A stretch of 59,759 nucleotides of DNA from an uncultured Gammaproteobacteria bacterium. Lineage in GTDB: Bacteria; Pseudomonadota; Gammaproteobacteria; Steroidobacterales; Rariloculaceae. The stretch lies in NCBI GenBank assembly GCA_964457725.1, contig CAYWGQ010000003.1, positions 21,489 to 81,247 of the forward strand, read 5' to 3'. Positions 26,256-35,892 of the stretch are shown here, in pieces. Below the pieces are notes generated by a model that worked only from the letters and a program-made list of their open reading frames with translations, did no database searches and was not told the origin of the DNA. Both the position numbers and the translations under genes were made by a program. Within the stretch, counting starts at the first letter, position 1. The number at the start of each line of letters is the position of its first letter.

Positions 26256-28899
26256 AGTTGAAGTTGAAGTTCAGGCCGAGGCTGACCTCACGCGGCCGGC
26301 CGACCGAGCCCTGCCACAGCTGCTGCGACACCGTGTAGAAGTACGCGAGGCTGTAGTACTCGTCGGTCAGGTTCGTCCCCGCGAGGATCAGCGACCAGTT
26401 CTGGCCCGAGTCGTACACGAACCTCGCGTTCAGCAGGCCGAACGCCTCCTGCGTCCGCTGCAGCGGGCCGCCGGCGAAGGTCGTGACGTCGTCCGTCCAG
26501 GTGTAGTCGAAACGCGCCGATATCGAGCGATTGTTAGCGAGCGACCAGTCGTACTGCCCCCAGATGTTCGTCGTCATGTCCGGCGCACCGGCGAAGCTGT
26601 CGCCGACGTTGTACGCCGGCACGGTGCCCTCGCCCGCCTGGCCGAGCTCGACGAACTCCGTGTCGAGAAGGCCGAGGTTGAAGCCGAGCTGGAAGTTGCC
26701 GGCGAGGTAGGTCAGCTCCACCTCCAGACCCGACGCCTCGGCTTTCTTGACGGCCGACGTCAGCAGGTTCGGGAAATACTGCACTTCCCAGAGCCCGTCG
26801 GCCGTGCAGCGCGCCGCGCACGGGATGCGGCTGTCCGCGAAGCCGTCCGCGTCGGTGTCCCACCACATCGTCGCGACGTAGGTGGAGCCCGTCATGTTGC
26901 GCCAGTCGGTGTAGAACAGCGACGCGTTCGTCCGCAGCCTGCCGCCGAGCCAATCGGCCTTCACGCCGATCTCGTAGTTGTCGATCGTCTCCTCGTCGCG
27001 GATCATCTGGAACGGCAGATCCGGCGTGTTGCCGTCCGGCAGCTGACTCAGCATCTGCTGGATCGTCAAAGGCACGTTGCTCACGCCGCCCGGCGCGAAG
27101 CCGTTCGAGATCGTCAGGTACGTCATCAGGTCCTCGTTCCACCGGTACTGCACCGACGCGCGCGACGTCGTCTTCTTGTACTCGGACGGCGCACCGCGGC
27201 GGGAAACGCCGGAGATGCCGTACGGATCGCGCAGCGTGTACTCGAGGTCGTTCCACGGGAACGGATCGTTCACGTGCTGCACGGTGTCCGTCAGATCCGA
27301 GAACCACGTGCCGCGGCTCTCGTTCTCCTGCGTGCGCGCACCGAACGCGAGCGTCAGGCGATCGGTCACGTCCCAGACGAGGTCGGCGAAGAACGCGGTC
27401 GACTCGTCCGCGGTCGTCGAGATGCCGTCGAAGCTGTTCGCGACCATCGTCGCGAACGTGCCCGGCGTGACGCCCCGGTAGTTCGGATCGAGCGCCGTCG
27501 CCTGATCCCAGAGCGCACGGATCTCCGCGGAGGTCATGTTCGCCGTCGCGACGAACTGGTCCTGCAGGTTCAGCGCGCGCATCCGGTTGTTGAAGCACGT
27601 GGCCTCGTCGCTCGGCGTGACGCCCCTGGCCTGCTTCGCGCGGATCAGATCGCACGTCATCAGCGCGCCCGAGAACGTCGGGCTGTGCGCCTCGCCGCTC
27701 CGGTCGGAATAGTACGCGCCGACGACCCAGTTGAACTGGTTGCGGTCGCCGTGCGACCCGACGAGCTGCAGCTCGACCGTCTCCTCGAGGACGCGGTCGT
27801 GATCCTGACGGTCGGCGAAATCGACGCGCGAGTCCGAGTCGAAGTCGACCATCAGCCGCCGCTCCTGATCCCTGCGTCCGGCGAGCGTCCGGAACGTCAA
27901 CCGATCATTGACGTCGTAGTTCAGCTCGAACGTATGCCGCTTCAGGTCGAGGAACAGGCCCGGCGTCTCGTGGGCGACCCGGGTCTCGTACTCGCCGACG
28001 AGGCCTCCCGGATAACCGGACGACACGTGATGGTCGTCGAACACGATGCCGAACGCGTTCAGGAACGCCTGGGCCTGCGCGTTCGAGTTGTACACCGTGT
28101 TGCCGACCATGATCTCGCGCATCGGCCCGATCTCCCAGACCGCGCGCGCGCCGCCCTGCCGGTCCTGCGTGCTCGAGTCGTATGCGTAGCGGATCGTCAG
28201 CGCATCCGTCGGCGTGAACAGAAAGTCGCCACGGTAGAACTGATCGTTGATGTCGCCGTACTTCCGCCCGCTCTCGATGCTCGACATGAACCCTTCGCGA
28301 TAGAGGTCCGCGAAGGTGAACTTCGTCAGGATGTTGTCGGCCAACGGAACGTCGACGCTCGCCTGAATGTCCCGGCGATCGAAGGTGCCCGTCGTCGCCT
28401 GCAGCCGCGCGCCGAATTCCTCCGCCGGACGGCGCGTGACGTACTGAACGGCACCGCTCAACGCAGAGTTACCGAACAACGTGCCCTGCGGGCCGCGCAG
28501 CACCTCGATACGCTCGACCTCGATCACGCCCATCGTGAACAGGCCGGTGCTCGAGGTCTGATCGATACCGTCGACGTAGACCGCGACGCCCGGCATGCCG
28601 CGAACGCGGAACGTGGCCTGCGACTCGATACCGCGGCCGGAACCGCCTTGCACCGATAGATTCGGAACCATCGCGTTCAGGTTCTGCATCTCGGTGACGC
28701 CAGCGGACTCCAGCTGCAAACCGGAGAGCGCGGTGATCGCGAGCGGCACGTCCTGCACGCTCTCCTCGCGCCGCCGCGCGCTGACGATCACCTCCTCGAG
28801 CACGCTTTCCTGCGCGCCCGCCTCCGGTACGGCCATCGGCGCCAGCATTCCGGCTGCGACGATACCGCCGACATGGACCTTCCAATCTCTGTTGGACAT
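26254..28899 (-). CDS. TonB-dependent receptor
   Basis: 881 aa. Signal peptide, TonB-box-like LEEVIVSARR, plug domain, then a long beta-barrel. Confidence 0.9.
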   Translation of the reverse strand: MSNRDWKVHVGGIVAAGMLAPMAVPEAGAQESVLEEVIVSARRREESVQDVPLAITALSGLQLESAGVTEMQNLNAMVPNLSVQGGSGRGIESQATFRVRGMPGVAVYVDGIDQTSSTGLFTMGVIEVERIEVLRGPQGTLFGNSALSGAVQYVTRRPAEEFGARLQATTGTFDRRDIQASVDVPLADNILTKFTFADLYREGFMSSIESGRKYGDINDQFYRGDFLFTPTDALTIRYAYDSSTQDRQGGARAVWEIGPMREIMVGNTVYNSNAQAQAFLNAFGIVFDDHHVSSGYPGGLVGEYETRVAHETPGLFLDLKRHTFELNYDVNDRLTFRTLAGRRDQERRLMVDFDSDSRVDFADRQDHDRVLEETVELQLVGSHGDRNQFNWVVGAYYSDRSGEAHSPTFSGALMTCDLIRAKQARGVTPSDEATCFNNRMRALNLQDQFVATANMTSAEIRALWDQATALDPNYRGVTPGTFATMVANSFDGISTTADESTAFFADLVWDVTDRLTLAFGARTQENESRGTWFSDLTDTVQHVNDPFPWNDLEYTLRDPYGISGVSRRGAPSEYKKTTSRASVQYRWNEDLMTYLTISNGFAPGGVSNVPLTIQQMLSQLPDGNTPDLPFQMIRDEETIDNYEIGVKADWLGGRLRTNASLFYTDWRNMTGSTYVATMWWDTDADGFADSRIPCAARCTADGLWEVQYFPNLLTSAVKKAEASGLEVELTYLAGNFQLGFNLGLLDTEFVELGQAGEGTVPAYNVGDSFAGAPDMTTNIWGQYDWSLANNRSISARFDYTWTDDVTTFAGGPLQRTQEAFGLLNARFVYDSGQNWSLILAGTNLTDEYYSLAYFYTVSQQLWQGSVGRPREVSLGLNFNFN

Positions 28900-29095
28900 G
28901 ACGACCCCCTTGCTTGTAGTGACCCCCTCGGCTCCGGCGCACGCCTGTCTCTACAGCGCAACAGGCCGCGCGCGCCGAGTCCGAGCTATGGAGTCTACTG
29001 TCCCAGATGCGCAACAGCCATGCCTCGCGAGATTTCCTCGGGCGCGCGGCGTCCCCGACGGTGCGGCGGCCGCGTGGCCGCGCGCTCGGCGAGGG

Positions 29096-30673
29096 TCAGG
29101 CCGCGAGGCCGACGCTCGCGGCGAGGCCCGCGGACGCGGGAGCGAGCGACACGAACGAGCGGCGCGCGAGCGCCGGGTCCGCGGAAGGGAAGTCCGAGCG
29201 GTAGTGGGCCCCGCGGGACTCCCGGCGGCGGAGCGCGGCCTCGGCGATCAGCCGGGCGACCAGCAGGCGGTTGCGCTCGGCCGGCGCTCGCGGGCCGTGC
29301 TCGCCGTGCCGCCGCGCGAGCCGCTCGAGCTCCGCGAGCGCGGCGCCGAGCCCCTGCTCGTCGCGGACGAGGCCGACGCGTTCCCACATCAGCGCGCGAA
29401 TCGCCGCGATCGCGTCGTCCGCGCCGACCCGGCGTGCGCGGAGCGCCTCGGCGGGCACGTCGACGCGGGACCAGCGGGCGGGCGGCAGCTCCGCCGCGCG
29501 CACAGACCGCGCTGCGGCACCGCCGAGCACCATCGCCTCGAGCAGGGAGTTGCTCGCGAGCCGGTTCGCGCCGTGCAGCCCGGTGGCAGCCGCCTCGCCG
29601 ACCGCCCAGAGCCCTGGCACGGAGCTTCGGCCGTCGGCGTCGGTTGCGATCCCGCCCATGAAATAGTGCTCGGCCGGCGTCACGGGCAGCGGCTCCCGGC
29701 GAGGATCGAGGCCGGCCGCACGGGCCGCGGCCCAGACGTTCGGGAAGCGCTCGGGGAAGGCCGCGCCGATCGCAGCCGTCGCGTCGAGATACACGGCGCG
29801 CCCGGCCATGCGCTCCTGCCAGATCGCCCGCGCGAGCAGGTCGCGCGGCGCGAGCTCCGCATCGGGATGTCGCCGCAGCATGAACCGCTCGCCGTGATCG
29901 TTGACGAGCACCGCACCCTCGCCCCGCAGCGCCTCGGTCAGGAGCGGCACCGGGTCGGCCGGCACGTCGAGCGCGGTCGGATGGAACTGGACGAACTCGA
30001 GATCCGCGAGCGTCGCGCCGGCGCGCGCGGCCGCGGCGAGCCCGTCCCCGGCGACCTCCGGCGGATTGGTCGTGCGCGCGTACAGGCCGCCGATGCCGCC
30101 GGTCGCAAGAACGACCGCCGGCGCGAGCACCGCGACGAGCTCGCCCGAAGGCGCGAGCGCGAGCACGCCGGCCACGCGTCGATCGGCAAGGATCAGGTCG
30201 ACGAGCTCGTAGTCGCCCAGCACTTCGATGTCGGGCCGCGCGGCGACGGCCGCGGTCAACGCGCGGACCACCTCGGCGCCGGTCGCATCGCCGCCGGCAT
30301 GGACGATGCGCCGCGTGCGGTGCCCCGCCTCGCGGCCGAGCGCGAGACGGCCGTCGGCGTCGCGGTCGAAGCGGGCGCCTAGCCCCTCGAGCCAGCGAAT
30401 CCGCTCCGCCGCCGCCGCGGCGACGGCGAGCGCGACGTGCGGATCCCCGAGGCCGCCGCTGACGGCGAGCGTATCGGCCGCGTGGTGGCCCGCTTCGTCG
30501 TCGGCTCCGAGCGCGGCCGCGATGCCGCCCTGGGCGTGGCCGCTCGAGCCGCTGCCGAGCGCGCCGCGCGTGAGCAGCACACAGCGCTCGAGACCGAGCG
30601 CGGTCGAGAGCCCGGCGATGCCGGAGCCGACGATCACCGCCGGCGCGCGGCGGACATCGGCAATCGTGTGCAT
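29096..30673 (-). CDS. nadB: L-aspartate oxidase
   Basis: VIVGSGIAGL FAD motif and HGANRLASNSLLE. 525 aa, located directly downstream of nadA. Confidence 0.92.
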   Translation of the reverse strand: MHTIADVRRAPAVIVGSGIAGLSTALGLERCVLLTRGALGSGSSGHAQGGIAAALGADDEAGHHAADTLAVSGGLGDPHVALAVAAAAAERIRWLEGLGARFDRDADGRLALGREAGHRTRRIVHAGGDATGAEVVRALTAAVAARPDIEVLGDYELVDLILADRRVAGVLALAPSGELVAVLAPAVVLATGGIGGLYARTTNPPEVAGDGLAAAARAGATLADLEFVQFHPTALDVPADPVPLLTEALRGEGAVLVNDHGERFMLRRHPDAELAPRDLLARAIWQERMAGRAVYLDATAAIGAAFPERFPNVWAAARAAGLDPRREPLPVTPAEHYFMGGIATDADGRSSVPGLWAVGEAAATGLHGANRLASNSLLEAMVLGGAAARSVRAAELPPARWSRVDVPAEALRARRVGADDAIAAIRALMWERVGLVRDEQGLGAALAELERLARRHGEHGPRAPAERNRLLVARLIAEAALRRRESRGAHYRSDFPSADPALARRSFVSLAPASAGLAASVGLAA

Positions 30674-30686
30674 CGGCAGCGCCCCG

Positions 30687-31664
30687 CTAGACCTTCACTG
30701 CGAGCATGCGCTCGACGGCCGCGCGGGCACGCGCCGCGACCGCCGGATCGACGGTGACCTCGTGGCGCAGGTCGCGCAGCGAATCGCGAATGTTCGCGAG
30801 CGTGATCTTCTTCATGTGCGGGCAAAGGTTACAGGGCCGAATGAACTCGACTTCCGGCGCTTCGGCCGCGACGTTGTCGCTCATCGAGCACTCGGTGATC
30901 ATCACGACCTTGCGCGGCTTGTTTCGCTGCACCCAGGACGCCATGCCGGAGGTCGAGCCCACGTAATCCGCTTCGGCGAGCACGTCGGGCGGGCATTCCG
31001 GATGCGCGATGATCTGGATCCCAGGATGGGCCTTGCGGTAATCGCGCAGCTCCGCGCCCGTGAAGCGCTCGTGCACGATGCAGCTGCCCTCCCACAGGAT
31101 CACCTCGACGCTAGTCTGGCTCGCGACCCACGAGCCGAGATAGCGGTCCGGCAGGAAGATCACGCGATCGGTGCCGAGAGACTCGACGACCTGCACCGCG
31201 TTCGAGGACGTGCAGCAGATGTCCGATTCGGCCTTCACGTCGGCGGCCGTGTTGACGTACGTCACGACCGGCACGCCCGGATAGCGCTCCCGCAGGAGCC
31301 GAACGTCCGCGGCGGTGATCGACTCGGCGAGCGAGCAACCGGCGTCGGCCTCGGGGATCAGCACGGTCTTGTCCGGGTTCACGATTTTCGCGGTCTCGGC
31401 CATGAAGTGAACCCCGGCCATCACGATCACCCGAGCGTCCGTTTCGGCCGCGAGCCGGGCGAGCGCGAGCGAATCGCCGGTCAGGTCCGCGACGCCGTGA
31501 TAGATGTCGGGCGTCATGTAGTTGTGCGCGAGCACGACCGCGTTCCGCTCGCGTTTCAGCTGCTCGATCTCGTCGATCAGCGGCTCGAGCGCCGCGATCT
31601 CCACGTCCGGGAGCACCCGGTCGAGCCGCTCGTAAGCCGTCTTCTTCACCGCAGCGCCAGCCAT
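30687..31664 (-). CDS. nadA: quinolinate synthase
   Basis: VVLAHNYM and GVHFMAET motifs. I chose the ATG at 31664 (GAGGG SD); the track start at 31688 is a TTG. Confidence 0.92.
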   Translation of the reverse strand: MAGAAVKKTAYERLDRVLPDVEIAALEPLIDEIEQLKRERNAVVLAHNYMTPDIYHGVADLTGDSLALARLAAETDARVIVMAGVHFMAETAKIVNPDKTVLIPEADAGCSLAESITAADVRLLRERYPGVPVVTYVNTAADVKAESDICCTSSNAVQVVESLGTDRVIFLPDRYLGSWVASQTSVEVILWEGSCIVHERFTGAELRDYRKAHPGIQIIAHPECPPDVLAEADYVGSTSGMASWVQRNKPRKVVMITECSMSDNVAAEAPEVEFIRPCNLCPHMKKITLANIRDSLRDLRHEVTVDPAVAARARAAVERMLAVKV

Positions 31665-31711
31665 CTGCACCCTCGCTTTATGCTCCAAATGAGCATTAGT
31701 CCTGCGTGCAG
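31665..31711 (-). promoter_or_regulatory. nested 47-bp dyad immediately 5' of the nadA start codon (candidate operator or translational hairpin)
   Basis: Plus strand reads CTGCAC-N9-ATGCTC-CAAAT-GAGCAT-N9-GTGCAG, exactly symmetric about 31688. The nadA SD lies inside one N9 segment. Confidence 0.4.
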
Positions 31712-31771
31712 ACTAGGCGAAACTGCGACGGTTGGCAAGAGCGGCGCCGCGGACCGGCGGTCGGAGAGCGG

Positions 31772-32725
31772 TCAGAACCGCGGCCGCAGCAGGCCCGGCC
31801 GCGGCCGTTCGCCGAGCACCTCCTCGCGGAATCGGAACAGCTCCGCCGGCCTTCCGCCGGTCGACGTCGTGAACTCGCCGGTGCCTTCGACCAGCCGCCC
31901 CTGCTCGACCAGCCGGCGGAAGTTCTGCTTGTGCATCCGCACGCCGGCAAGCGCTTCGACCGTGCGCTGCAGCTGCGTCAACGTGAACGTCTCCGGCAGG
32001 AGCTCGAAGACCACCGGCCGATAGGTGAGCTTGCCGCGCAGCCGGCCGAGCGCGCTCGCGGCAATCCGGCGATGGTCGTGCGCGAGCGGCGCGCCGGTAT
32101 CGAGGCCGGACGGCGGAGCGAGGCCGCGGTCGTGAAAGCGCTCGGCCACGAGCTCCGCCTCGTACAAGAGCTCGTAGCGCTCGAGCACCCGAATCGCGTC
32201 CCAAGGCGCAGGCGGGATCCCGAACGTCACCCGGACGCGGGCCTCGCGGGCATCGTTGCCGGCGGCCCACTTCTGCAAGTGCGGCAGGATCCGTTCACGG
32301 AGCAGCGCGGGTGGCCCGGCCCGGTGGTCCTCCCACGGGAAGAGCTCGTAGTAGTCGATCCACGCTGCGCCGGGCGACGGCTGCTCCTCGCGCACGAGCG
32401 CGAGATACGCGACCGACAGCAACCGCTCCCGCTCCCCGCGCCGCCGGTCGCGATCGCCGAACGTATAGAGCTGCTCGACGTAGCCGACCTCGAGCCCGGT
32501 CTGGTGACGCACCCAGCGCCGCAAGCCCCGCTCGAGCGTCGCGTCGCCGAGTGGATCGAGCGGACCGGATGGAATCGCGAAGCGTGCGCCGCCGGCGCGG
32601 ACCGCGAGCAGCTTCGGCCGATCGTCGGTGACGGCGACGATCACCGCCTCGAGCGACAGCGCGATCGGCGCCCCGGCCAGCGGACCCTGCCGCGCCGACG
32701 TCTCCGCCACCGGTTTCGACTGCAT
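31772..32725 (-). CDS. nrtR: NrtR-family Nudix-related transcriptional regulator
   Basis: N-terminal Nudix-like fold. C-terminal winged helix FTLTQLQRTVEALAGVRMHKQNFRRLV is typical of NrtR. Lies upstream of nadA-nadB on the same strand. Confidence 0.75.
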   Translation of the reverse strand: MQSKPVAETSARQGPLAGAPIALSLEAVIVAVTDDRPKLLAVRAGGARFAIPSGPLDPLGDATLERGLRRWVRHQTGLEVGYVEQLYTFGDRDRRRGERERLLSVAYLALVREEQPSPGAAWIDYYELFPWEDHRAGPPALLRERILPHLQKWAAGNDAREARVRVTFGIPPAPWDAIRVLERYELLYEAELVAERFHDRGLAPPSGLDTGAPLAHDHRRIAASALGRLRGKLTYRPVVFELLPETFTLTQLQRTVEALAGVRMHKQNFRRLVEQGRLVEGTGEFTTSTGGRPAELFRFREEVLGERPRPGLLRPRF

Positions 32726-32819
32726 CGTGGCGAGCGCCCCGACTCCCTCGTGAAGGGCCGTCACTATACCCCGAGACCGCGCGAATGCAGGCGGCGGCCC
32801 GCGCCTCGAGCGCGAGGAG

Positions 32820-33050
32820 CTACCCGTGGCGCTCGATCGGCCGCGGCTCGCGATCCCCGGCGTCACCCGGTTCGCGCTCGGGCGCGGGCGCGCGCTTCGG
32901 CTCGGGCTCGTATTCGAACCAGTCGACGCAGCCGTATGCAGGATCGAGCCGGCGGTTCTTCGTGCGATTGTCGCGCCCCGGCGCCTTGCCCGGCGCCGGC
33001 ACGGGAGAGCGCCGCCCGAGCGGCGATTCGATACGCCATGGTCTACGCAT
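32820..33050 (-). CDS. small hypothetical protein (basic N-terminus, acidic C-terminus)
   Basis: 76 aa. GGGGAGGG SD just before the ATG at 33050, and a GTTGCA-N16-TATAGT promoter-like element upstream. No family recognised. Confidence 0.4.
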   Translation of the reverse strand: MRRPWRIESPLGRRSPVPAPGKAPGRDNRTKNRRLDPAYGCVDWFEYEPEPKRAPAPEREPGDAGDREPRPIERHG

Positions 33051-33078
33051 GGCCCTCCCCTGCACGAATCGAAACAGC

Positions 33079-33106
33079 ACTATAGACGCCCCGTCCGCAC
33101 TGCAAC
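33079..33106 (-). promoter_or_regulatory. sigma70-like promoter for the small ORF (and possibly nrtR-nadAB)
   Basis: Minus strand reads GTTGCA-N16-TATAGT, about 29 nt upstream of the ATG at 33050. Confidence 0.4.
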
Positions 33107-33231
33107 GGTTCGTACTTATACCTACGCCGACTCGAGCCGCCGGGGAGGCACCGGTGCGTACGCTTTGGCGGCCCCGTTAGTAGTATTGACGGTGCACCGC
33201 GGCGCAGCCGCAAGAAGGAACGCCTCGATCG

Positions 33232-35892
33232 ATGACCGACGACTCCCTGACCACGCTCGATCGGCTCGTCGACCAGTTCGAGGCTCGCGGCCCCGCGCCA
33301 GCGATCGTCGCGTTCCACCGCGACGGGCGCGATACGCTGAGCTACGGCGAGCTCGCGGCGCAGATCCGCGCGGCGACCGCGGGAATGCAGGCTCATGGCG
33401 TCGGTTCGGGCGACTTCGTGCTGCTGTGGGCGCCGAACAGCCCGCAGTGGATCGTTTGCTATTTCGGCATCGTCTCGGCCGGCGCGGCGGCGGTGCCGCT
33501 CGACCAGCAGGCGACCGCGGACAGCGCCCGCGGCGTGATCGCGCACGCACGGCCGAAGCTCGTGCTCACCACCGCGTCCGGGCGCGATGCGCTCGCAAGC
33601 ACGGGCGCGCTCGAGGGCGTGCCCTGCTTCTTGCTCGACGCGCCCGAGAGCGACGAGCGCAGCTGGCGACGGCTGCTCGCGCACGGCGACCCGACGCGGA
33701 TCGCGATCGAGCCCGGGCAGATCGCGTCGCTCCTTTACACGTCCGGCACGACCGGCACGCCGAAGGCCGTGCCGCTGACGCACGGCAACCTGACGGCCAA
33801 CCTGCGCGCGCTGCTCGACGCGAAGCTCGTGACCGCGAACGACCGAGTGCTGAACCCGCTGCCGTTGCATCACACCTACCCGTTCACGGTCGGGACGCTC
33901 ACGGTGCTCGGCAGCGGCGCGACGATCGTGATGCCCGCGGGCGTGACGGGCCCGGACATCGCCGAAGCCGCGAAGGAGACGCAGGCAACCGCGCTGCTCG
34001 CGATTCCTCGGCTCTGCGCGGCGCTCTGGGACAGCGTCGAGGCCGCGTTGAAAAGCCGTCCACGGTGGCAGGCGGCGCTGTTCCGAGCGCTGCTCCGCGC
34101 GAGCATCGCCGTTCGCCGTGCGACCGGGCTCCGCCTCGGCAAGCTGCTCTTCCCATCGGTGCACGCACGGCTCGGCCGCTCGCTCGATCTGATCGGCTCG
34201 GGCGGCGCGAAGCTCGGCGAGGACCTCGAGTGGAAGCTCGAGGGGCTCGGGTGGCGGGTGCTCACCGGTTACGGCCTGACCGAGACGTCGCCGGTGCTCA
34301 CGTTCAACTGCGAAGGCGCGTCGCGGCTCGGCTCGGAAGGCAAACCGCTCGGCGAGGCCGAGATCAAGATCGCGCCGCCGGCCGCCGGCGAGCCACACGG
34401 GGAGATTCTCGCGCGCGGTCCGAACGTGTTCTCCGGCTACTGGCAGAACGGCGAAGCGACGGAGGCAGCGTTCACGGCGGACGGCTGGTTCCGCACCGGA
34501 GATCTCGGCTACCTCGACGAGGACGGATTCCTGCACATCGCCGGCCGCAACAAAGAGGTCATCGTGCTCGCGGACGGGAAGAACGTCTTCCCGGAGGAGG
34601 TCGAGAAGATCTACCTCCGCTCGCCGCTCTTCAAGGAGTTCGCGGTTCTCGAGCAGCGCGGCAAGCTCGTCGCGCTGATCGTCCCGAACGACGAGGCGGT
34701 ACGCCGGCGCGGAGCGCTCCGTGCGGCGGCACTGCTTCGGGAAGAGCTCGAGGAGATCGCCGCGTCGCTGCCGCCGTACCAGCGCGTGAGCGCGTATCGG
34801 ACGACCCGCCAGCCGTTGCCGCGAACACAGCTCGGAAAGCTGCGCCGCCACCTGCTCCCGCAGCTCTACGAGCAGTCGTCCGCCGCGGAGGCGGCGGCTG
34901 CCCCGCCGCCGATGAGCGAGGAGGACCGCCGACTCGTCTCCTCGGGCGTCACGGGCGAAGTCTGGCGTTGGCTCGGCGAGCGCTTCCCGGGCCGGCCGCT
35001 CGGCCTCGACCTGAGCCCACAGCTCGACCTCGAGATCGACTCGCTCGAATGGGTGTCGATGACGCTCGAGCTCGAGCGGCGCTTCAAGGTCGCGCTCGGC
35101 GGCGAGGCGGTGAGCCGCATCGTGAGCCTGCGCGATCTGCTGATCGAGGTCGATCGCGCCGAGCCGCCGTCGGCGGCGGCCCCTGCCGCGGCGCCCGTCC
35201 TCGAATCGCCCGGCGCGTTCCGCGCGCTCGTCGGCCTCGCGCTGTTCGCGCTCGCGAAGCTGCTGCTGAGGACGGTCTTCAGGCTCCGTGTCGCCGGCGC
35301 CGCCGGGCTCGGCGGCGAGCGGCCGCTCGTGATCACGCCGAATCACACGAGCTACATGGACCCGATTGCGATCGCGGCCGCGCTGCCGTGGCGGCAATTG
35401 CGCCGGACCTACTGGGCGGGGTGGGTCGGCGTCATGTACACCGGCCGGCTGATGCGGTTCGTCAGCCGCGCGACGCGAGTGTTGCCGGTCGATCCGGACC
35501 GCGACCTCGCCGGAGCGATCCGGCTCGCGCGGACCGCGCTCGAGCGCGGCTACAACCTCGTCTGGTTTCCGGAGGGACGTCGGTCGCCGCTCGGCAAGCT
35601 CGAGCCGTTCCAGGGCGGCATCGGCGTGCTCCTCGAGGGCAGCCAGGCGGCCGCCGTGCCGACCGCGATTCGCGGCACGTTCGCTGCATGGCCGAGGCAA
35701 CGCCGCTTCCCGCGCCCGGCGAGGATCGAGGTGGTTTTCGGGGCGCCGCGTCCGGTGACGGAGCTCGCGCCGAGCTGCGCGGGCGCACCGACCGCGGAGG
35801 CGATTCGGGCGGGGCTCGAGCGGGAAGTGGCCAAACTACTCGGAGAGGAGCCGCCGTCATGCTCAGAAAATGTCGCGAATGCGGAACGATGA
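33232..35892 (+). CDS. tri-domain fusion: acyl-activating (AMP-forming) enzyme - carrier domain - lysophospholipid acyltransferase (PlsC family)
   Basis: Adenylation motifs LLYTSGTTGTPKAV, GYGLTETS, TGDLGYLDEDGF and PRTQLGKLRR. Carrier-like LDLEIDSLEWV. Acyltransferase motifs NHTSYMDP and FPEGRRS. Confidence 0.85.
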   Translation: MTDDSLTTLDRLVDQFEARGPAPAIVAFHRDGRDTLSYGELAAQIRAATAGMQAHGVGSGDFVLLWAPNSPQWIVCYFGIVSAGAAAVPLDQQATADSARGVIAHARPKLVLTTASGRDALASTGALEGVPCFLLDAPESDERSWRRLLAHGDPTRIAIEPGQIASLLYTSGTTGTPKAVPLTHGNLTANLRALLDAKLVTANDRVLNPLPLHHTYPFTVGTLTVLGSGATIVMPAGVTGPDIAEAAKETQATALLAIPRLCAALWDSVEAALKSRPRWQAALFRALLRASIAVRRATGLRLGKLLFPSVHARLGRSLDLIGSGGAKLGEDLEWKLEGLGWRVLTGYGLTETSPVLTFNCEGASRLGSEGKPLGEAEIKIAPPAAGEPHGEILARGPNVFSGYWQNGEATEAAFTADGWFRTGDLGYLDEDGFLHIAGRNKEVIVLADGKNVFPEEVEKIYLRSPLFKEFAVLEQRGKLVALIVPNDEAVRRRGALRAAALLREELEEIAASLPPYQRVSAYRTTRQPLPRTQLGKLRRHLLPQLYEQSSAAEAAAAPPPMSEEDRRLVSSGVTGEVWRWLGERFPGRPLGLDLSPQLDLEIDSLEWVSMTLELERRFKVALGGEAVSRIVSLRDLLIEVDRAEPPSAAAPAAAPVLESPGAFRALVGLALFALAKLLLRTVFRLRVAGAAGLGGERPLVITPNHTSYMDPIAIAAALPWRQLRRTYWAGWVGVMYTGRLMRFVSRATRVLPVDPDRDLAGAIRLARTALERGYNLVWFPEGRRSPLGKLEPFQGGIGVLLEGSQAAAVPTAIRGTFAAWPRQRRFPRPARIEVVFGAPRPVTELAPSCAGAPTAEAIRAGLEREVAKLLGEEPPSCSENVANAER

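Noticed and set aside
28900-29095. Possible riboswitch in the 196-nt leader of the TonB-dependent receptor
   Set aside because: I could not find a B12 box (GCCACTG-like core) or the TPP CTGAGA / ACCTGA elements by eye. This needs an Rfam scan to exclude formally.
31686-31688. TTG starts offered by the ORF track (nadA 31688, fixL 38586, dhaL 58396)
   Set aside because: Downstream in-frame ATGs (31664, 38502, 58420) fit family N-termini. At nadA there is also a better SD, and at fixL the ATG avoids overlapping the divergent neighbour's start.
31665-31771. Class I NAD+ riboswitch (nadA motif) upstream of nadA
   Set aside because: The leader is short, and I saw no tandem bulged-stem domains with the conserved C-rich or ACANCCCC-like segments. 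A dyad or operator reading fits better.
32826-35858. Upstream 1000+ aa of the 1154-aa track ORF 32826..36290
   Set aside because: Arg/Ala/Pro-rich alternative frame of the fusion gene. Only its last 143 aa (trxC, from the ATG at 35859 with an SD) look real.
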